A stretch of 64,000 bases of DNA from contig CAWCAP010000009.1 of NCBI GenBank assembly GCA_963793395.1, forward strand, positions 128,179 through 192,178, written 5' to 3'. Within the stretch, counting starts at the first letter, position 1. Each line of letters starts with the position of its first letter. Made by a program: the position numbers and the translations under genes. The notes under the pieces were generated by a model. It saw only the letters and a list, made by a program, of their open reading frames with translations, searched no databases and had not been told where the DNA came from. The DNA comes from Bryobacterales bacterium (lineage in GTDB: Bacteria; Acidobacteriota; Terriglobia; Bryobacterales; Bryobacteraceae). Shown one piece after another: positions 59,608 through 64,000 of the stretch.

Positions 59608-60700
59608 ATGGCTCTCTTAAAAACTCCTTTGAACGCCGTGCATCGCAGCATGGGCGCGAAGATGGTCGATTTCGGCGGCTGGGACATGCCGGTCGAATAC
59701 TCCGGCGTCATCGACGAGCATCGCGCCGTGCGCGAGCGCGTCGGCCTGTTCGACGTCAGCCACATGGGCGAGATCGAAGTGCGCGGGCCGCAGGCGCTGG
59801 ATCTGGTGCAGCACGTCACCGTGAACGACGCTTCGAAGCTGAAGTACGGGCAAGCCCAGTACTCGGCGCTGCTGTATGAACACGGCGGATTCGTCGACGA
59901 CATCCTGGTCCACAAAGTCGCGGACGATCATTATTTCCTGTGCGTCAACGCGTCGAATCAGGACAAGGATTACGAGCACATCGCCGCCAACAACCGTTTC
60001 GACGCGACCGTTGAAAACGCCGGGCCGCGTTACGCGCAGCTCGCCGTGCAAGGGCCCGTTGGCGACAAGCGTCGTCAAGAAACTCACCGATGTGGATCTC
60101 GCTTCCGTGAAGCGTTATCACTTCGTCGACGGCGTTGTCTCCGGCGCGCCCGCGCGCATCGCGCGCACCGGCTACACCGGCGAAGACGGCTGGGAAATTT
60201 ACGTCGCGCCCGAACATGCCGTCCGATTGTGGAACGAGATCCTGGAAGCCGGCGCCGAGTTCGGCATTATACCGTGCGGCCTGGGCGCGCGCAACACGCT
60301 GCGCCTGGAATCCGCCATGCCGCTCTACGGGCACGAAATCGACGCGACGATCACGCCCTGGGAAGCGGGACTTGACTGGATCGTGAAGATGGAAAAGGGC
60401 GATTTCCTGGGCCGCGAGGCGCTGGTGAAGCAGAAAGAACAGGGCATCACTCGCAAGCTGATCGGGTTTGAAATGAAGGGCCGCGGCATCGCCCGCGACG
60501 GTTATGAAATCCTGTCGGGCGGCGCGGGAACAGGTTGGGTGACCAGCGGCGGCCCGGCGCCGGCGTTAAACAAAAACATCGGAATGTGTTATCTTCCACT
60601 GCAACTGGCGGAGCCTGGCAACGCCATCGAAGTCTCGGTGCGCGGCCGCCTGGTCGAAGCCGTCACCATCCCCATGCCTTTTTATAAGCGAGCGAGGTAG
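59608..60700 (+). CDS. gcvT: Glycine cleavage system aminomethyltransferase T, one apparent frameshift near 60055
   Basis: [33 protein letters not shown]...[14 protein letters not shown], continuing in a second frame with [14 protein letters not shown]...[12 protein letters not shown]. Confidence 0.9.
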
Positions 60701-60703
60701 GAA

Positions 60704-61084
60704 ATGTATCCGGAAAATTATCGTTACACCAAAGAGCACGAATGGGTGCACGTTGAAAACGGCGTCGGCACCATCGGCATCACCGACCACGCGCAGCACG
60801 AGCTGGGCGATATCGTCTACGTCGAAGTGCCGAAAGTCGGCACGCACGTCGAGAAGGGCAAGAGCTTCGCGGTGGTCGAATCCGTCAAGGCCGCCAGCGA
60901 AATCTACGCGCCGGTATCGGGCGAAGTGGTGGAAGCGAACGAAGCTCTCACCGCCACGCCGGAACTACTGAATTCAGATCCGCATGTCGCAGGCTGGATT
61001 GCTAAAATAAAATTGTCCGTCCCGGAAGAAATCGATCGGCTCCTTTCCCCCGCCGATTACCAAGCCTATCTGGGAGAAGAGTAA
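60704..61084 (+). CDS. gcvH: Glycine cleavage system protein H
   Basis: YTKEHEWV...VESVKAASEIYAPVSGEV (lipoyl-lysine motif). Confidence 0.95.
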   Translation: MYPENYRYTKEHEWVHVENGVGTIGITDHAQHELGDIVYVEVPKVGTHVEKGKSFAVVESVKAASEIYAPVSGEVVEANEALTATPELLNSDPHVAGWIAKIKLSVPEEIDRLLSPADYQAYLGEE

Positions 61085-61091
61085 ATGATCG

Positions 61092-62419
61092 TTGCGATAC
61101 CTTCCTAAGTCAGACTCCGAGCGTCGCGAGATGCTCGACACCATTGGCTTTCGAAGCATCGAAGACCTGGTGGCATACCTTCCCAAAGCTGTTCGTTACG
61201 ATAAGCCGCTGGCCATCGCGCCGGGCAGAAGCGAATACGAGATTCTGGATTATTTCAAGGCGCGCGGCGCGGAGAATGCCACCGCCGGCGGCAATGGTTA
61301 CGCCTGTTTTCTGGGCGCGGGCGTCTACAACCACTACCGCCCGGTGCTGGTGGACACGGTCGTTTCGCGCGGCGAATTCCTGACGTCGTACACGCCGTAT
61401 CAGGCCGAGATTTCGCAGGGCACGCTGACCGCGATCTTCGAATTTCAGACCATGATCTGCCAGTTGACCGGCATGGATGTGGCCAACGCCTCCATGTACG
61501 ACGCCTCGACGGCCGTGCCGGAAGCCGCCATGATGGCGATGCGCGCCACCGGCCGCAGCCGACATGCTGATCGCGCGCACCGTGCATCCGGAGTATCGCG
61601 AAGTGCTGCGCACCTACGCGCAGCATCAGGGCATGCCGCTCGATGAGTTCGGCTACGACGCTGAGTCGGGCTAGCTCGACCTCGAAGACTTGTCGCGCAG
61701 CATCACCAAAGACACCGCCGCCGTCATCATTCAGTCGCCCAATTTCTTTGGGATCGTCGAAAACGTCAAGCAGGCCGCCGAACATCGCGCACGCGAACGG
61801 CGCGCTGCTGGTGTTCGTGTTTTCCGAAGCGGTATCGCTGGGGATTCTGGAGCCGCCGCGCGATGCCGACATCGTCGCCGGCGAATTGCAATCGTTCGCG
61901 ATCCCGCCCAGCTACGGCGGTCCGTTCGCGGGAATCATCGCCTGCAAAGAAAAGTTGATCCGCCAGATGCCCGGACGCCTGGTTGGCGAGACGAAGGATG
62001 CCAACGGCAACCGCGCGTTCTGCCTGACGCTGGCGACCCGCGAGCAGCACATCCGCCGCGAGAAGGCGACTTCCAACATCTGCACCAACCAGGCGCTGAT
62101 CGCCCTGATGGCGACGGTGTTTCTGGCGGTCTACGGCAAGCAGGGCCTGCGCGAACTGGCGGTGCAGAATCTCTCGAAGGCGCATTATCTTGCAGGCAAG
62201 ACCAAAACGCTTTTCAACGGGCCATTTTTCAATGAATTCGTGGTGCGAGCCGAATCCAAGGGCGTCGCAGAAATCAACCGAGAGCTCGAAGCCAAGAAAA
62301 TCATCGGCGGGTTGCCGCTCGAAAAGTTTTATCCCGAACTCAAGAACACCATGCTGTTGTGCTGCACCGAAATGAGCAGGAAAGCGCAGATGGATCTGGT
62401 GGCGGAGGCCTTCGCATGA
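61092..62419 (+). CDS. gcvPA: Glycine dehydrogenase (decarboxylating) subunit 1, with two apparent frameshifts and one in-frame TAG
   Basis: TTG start gives [62 protein letters not shown]. Shifts are near 61560 and 61785, and the TAG is at 61672-61674. Confidence 0.9.
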
Positions 62420-63895
62420 TCAAAAAGGTCCGCACCAACCCCACGCAGAACGAGCAACTGTTCTTCGAGATCAGTTCGCCCGGCAAGAAGGGCTATCAAC
62501 TGCCCGATCTCGACGTGCCAGCGATCGACCCGGCCGAGGCGCTGGGGGCAGGGAACACGCGTACCGAAATCGAGGACTTCCCCGAAGTCAGCGAAGTGGA
62601 CGTGATCCGCCACTTCACGCGCCTTTCCACCTGGAATTACGCTATCGACCTGGGGCTTTATCCGCTGGGTTCCTGCACCATGAAATACAACCCGCGCATC
62701 AACGAAGCAGGCCGCGCGCGTCGAAGGCCTGGCGTGGATGCATCCCTATCAGCCCGAATCGCTCTCGCAGGGCGCGATGGAGGTATGCGCGGAGCTGGAG
62801 CGCTGCCTGCTCGACATCACCGGCATGGATGCCATCACGCTGCAGCCCGCCGCCGGAGCGCATGGCGAGTTGACCGGCATTCTGCTGATTCACGCGGCCC
62901 TTGCTGCGCAAGGCAACCCCCGCAAGAAAATCCTGATTCCGGATTCCGCCCACGGAACCAACCCAGCCACCGCTCACATGGCCGGCTATGCGGTCGAAAA
63001 CATCGCGTCCAACTCGCGCGGCATGGTGGATACCGAAGCGCTGGCGCGCGCGGTCACCGAAGATGTCGCCGGGATGATGGTCACAAATCCCAACACCATC
63101 GGCGTGTTCGAGGAAAATATCGCGCAGGTGGCTGACATTCTGCATTCGAAAGGCGCTCTGCTGTATATGGACGGCGCCAACATGAACGCGCTCGCCGGAA
63201 TTTCGCGTCCCGGAGACTTCGGCGTCGACGTTATGCACCTGAATCTGCACAAGACGTTTTCGACACCGCACGGTGGTGGCGGTCCGGGCGCAGGTCCAGT
63301 AGCCGTGAAGCAGCACTTGGAGCCATTCCTGCCAATCCCGCGCCTCGCGCGCGTAGGCGATAAGTGGACGTGGAATTACGATCGCCCGCAATCCGTCGGC
63401 CGCGTACGTGCGTTCTACGGCAACTTCGGTGTGCTGGTGCGCGCTCTGGCCTATATCATGGCGCATGGCGGCAACGGTCTTCCGCGCGCCACTTACGATG
63501 CGCTGCTCAACGCTAACTACATCCGCAAATTGCTCGAGCCGTATTACGACATGCCGTATCGCGAGCCCAGCATGCATGAGTGCGTGTTCAGCGATGCCCG
63601 GCAGTCGAAACTAGGCGTCGATACCATGAGCATCGCCAAGCGCCTGATCGATTACGGCTTCCATCCTTACACAGTCGCATTTCCGTTGATCGTGAAAGGC
63701 GCGCTCATGATCGAACCCACTGAAACCGAAAGCAAGCGCGAGCTTGATCTGTTTGCGGATGCCATGATTTCCATCGCCAAGGAAGTCGAGGAAACGCCGG
63801 AGCTAGTCAAGACCGCTCCGCACACTACGCGTACCGCGAAAGTGGACGAAGTCACCGCTGCGCGGAAACCGATTGTTCGCTGGAAGCGGCCGTAG
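62416..63895 (+). CDS. gcvPB: Glycine dehydrogenase (decarboxylating) subunit 2, one apparent frameshift near 62710
   Basis: The ATG overlaps the gcvPA stop (ATGA). [42 protein letters not shown] (PLP-lysine block). Confidence 0.9.
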
Positions 63896-63909
63896 CCGCC
63901 CGCGCCGGT

Positions 63910-64000
63910 TTACTTCCCGCCGTCCTTAACGTACGCGCGGATCACTTTATCCACGTAATCCCGCGTTTCCGCGTAAGGTGGCATCCCGCGATAGCGATCA
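63910..64000 (-). CDS. C-terminal fragment of a probable lytic transglycosylase-domain protein (5' part beyond window end)
   Basis: My minus-strand translation is ...DRYRGMPPYAETRDYVDKVIRAYVKDGGK*. The ETRxYVxKV motif is typical of the end of Slt-type domains. Only 30 codons are visible. Confidence 0.35.
   Translation of the reverse strand, partial: DRYRGMPPYAETRDYVDKVIRAYVKDGGK

Overview
This is a high-GC (about 60%) bacterial chromosomal window holding roughly 60 genes. The gene content suggests Acidobacteriota: a PSCyt1-type cytochrome, a secretin with a cohesin tail, DUF1080 and many secreted proteins of unknown function. That assignment is inference only.

Recognisable content, in order:
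- secG (partial), acyl-CoA dehydrogenase, and small cupin and YtxH proteins.
- An 8-gene cluster of uncharacterised secreted proteins at 3.0-10.5 kb. It holds five paralogues of one unnamed family, two small DUF6152-like proteins and a cytochrome c/ankyrin/terpenoid-cyclase-like fusion. This is the best candidate for an undescribed system.
- Esterase, PIG-L deacetylase, pepA and smpB.
- A secretin plus two pseudopilins, then smc.
- A translationally coupled AAA_5 ATPase and a roughly 615-aa unknown partner.
- PEBP, then a 1067-aa hybrid histidine kinase followed by a secreted bicupin, a di-haem cytochrome c and two PQQ dehydrogenases.
- CrtI-like oxidoreductase and gamma-glutamyltransferase.
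- A tight four-gene operon that I read as oxalate assimilation: AAE3-type CoA ligase, PanE-family reductase, OFA-type MFS transporter and malate synthase A.
- HigBA, then assorted envelope and stress proteins.
- An acid-sugar cluster: KdgT permease, DUF1537 kinase, PdxA-like dehydrogenase and an SDR.
- Orphan exbD, flavin reductase, and the glycine cleavage operon gcvT-H-PA-PB.

I found no rRNA, tRNA, CRISPR array, transposase or integrase.

One caveat applies throughout. Many housekeeping genes (pepA, smc, secretin, ggt, PQQ-ADH, gcvT/PA/PB and others) are broken by single-base frameshifts that occur in patches. This looks like assembly or sequencing indel error rather than real gene decay. 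Coordinates for those genes are envelopes over several ORF fragments.
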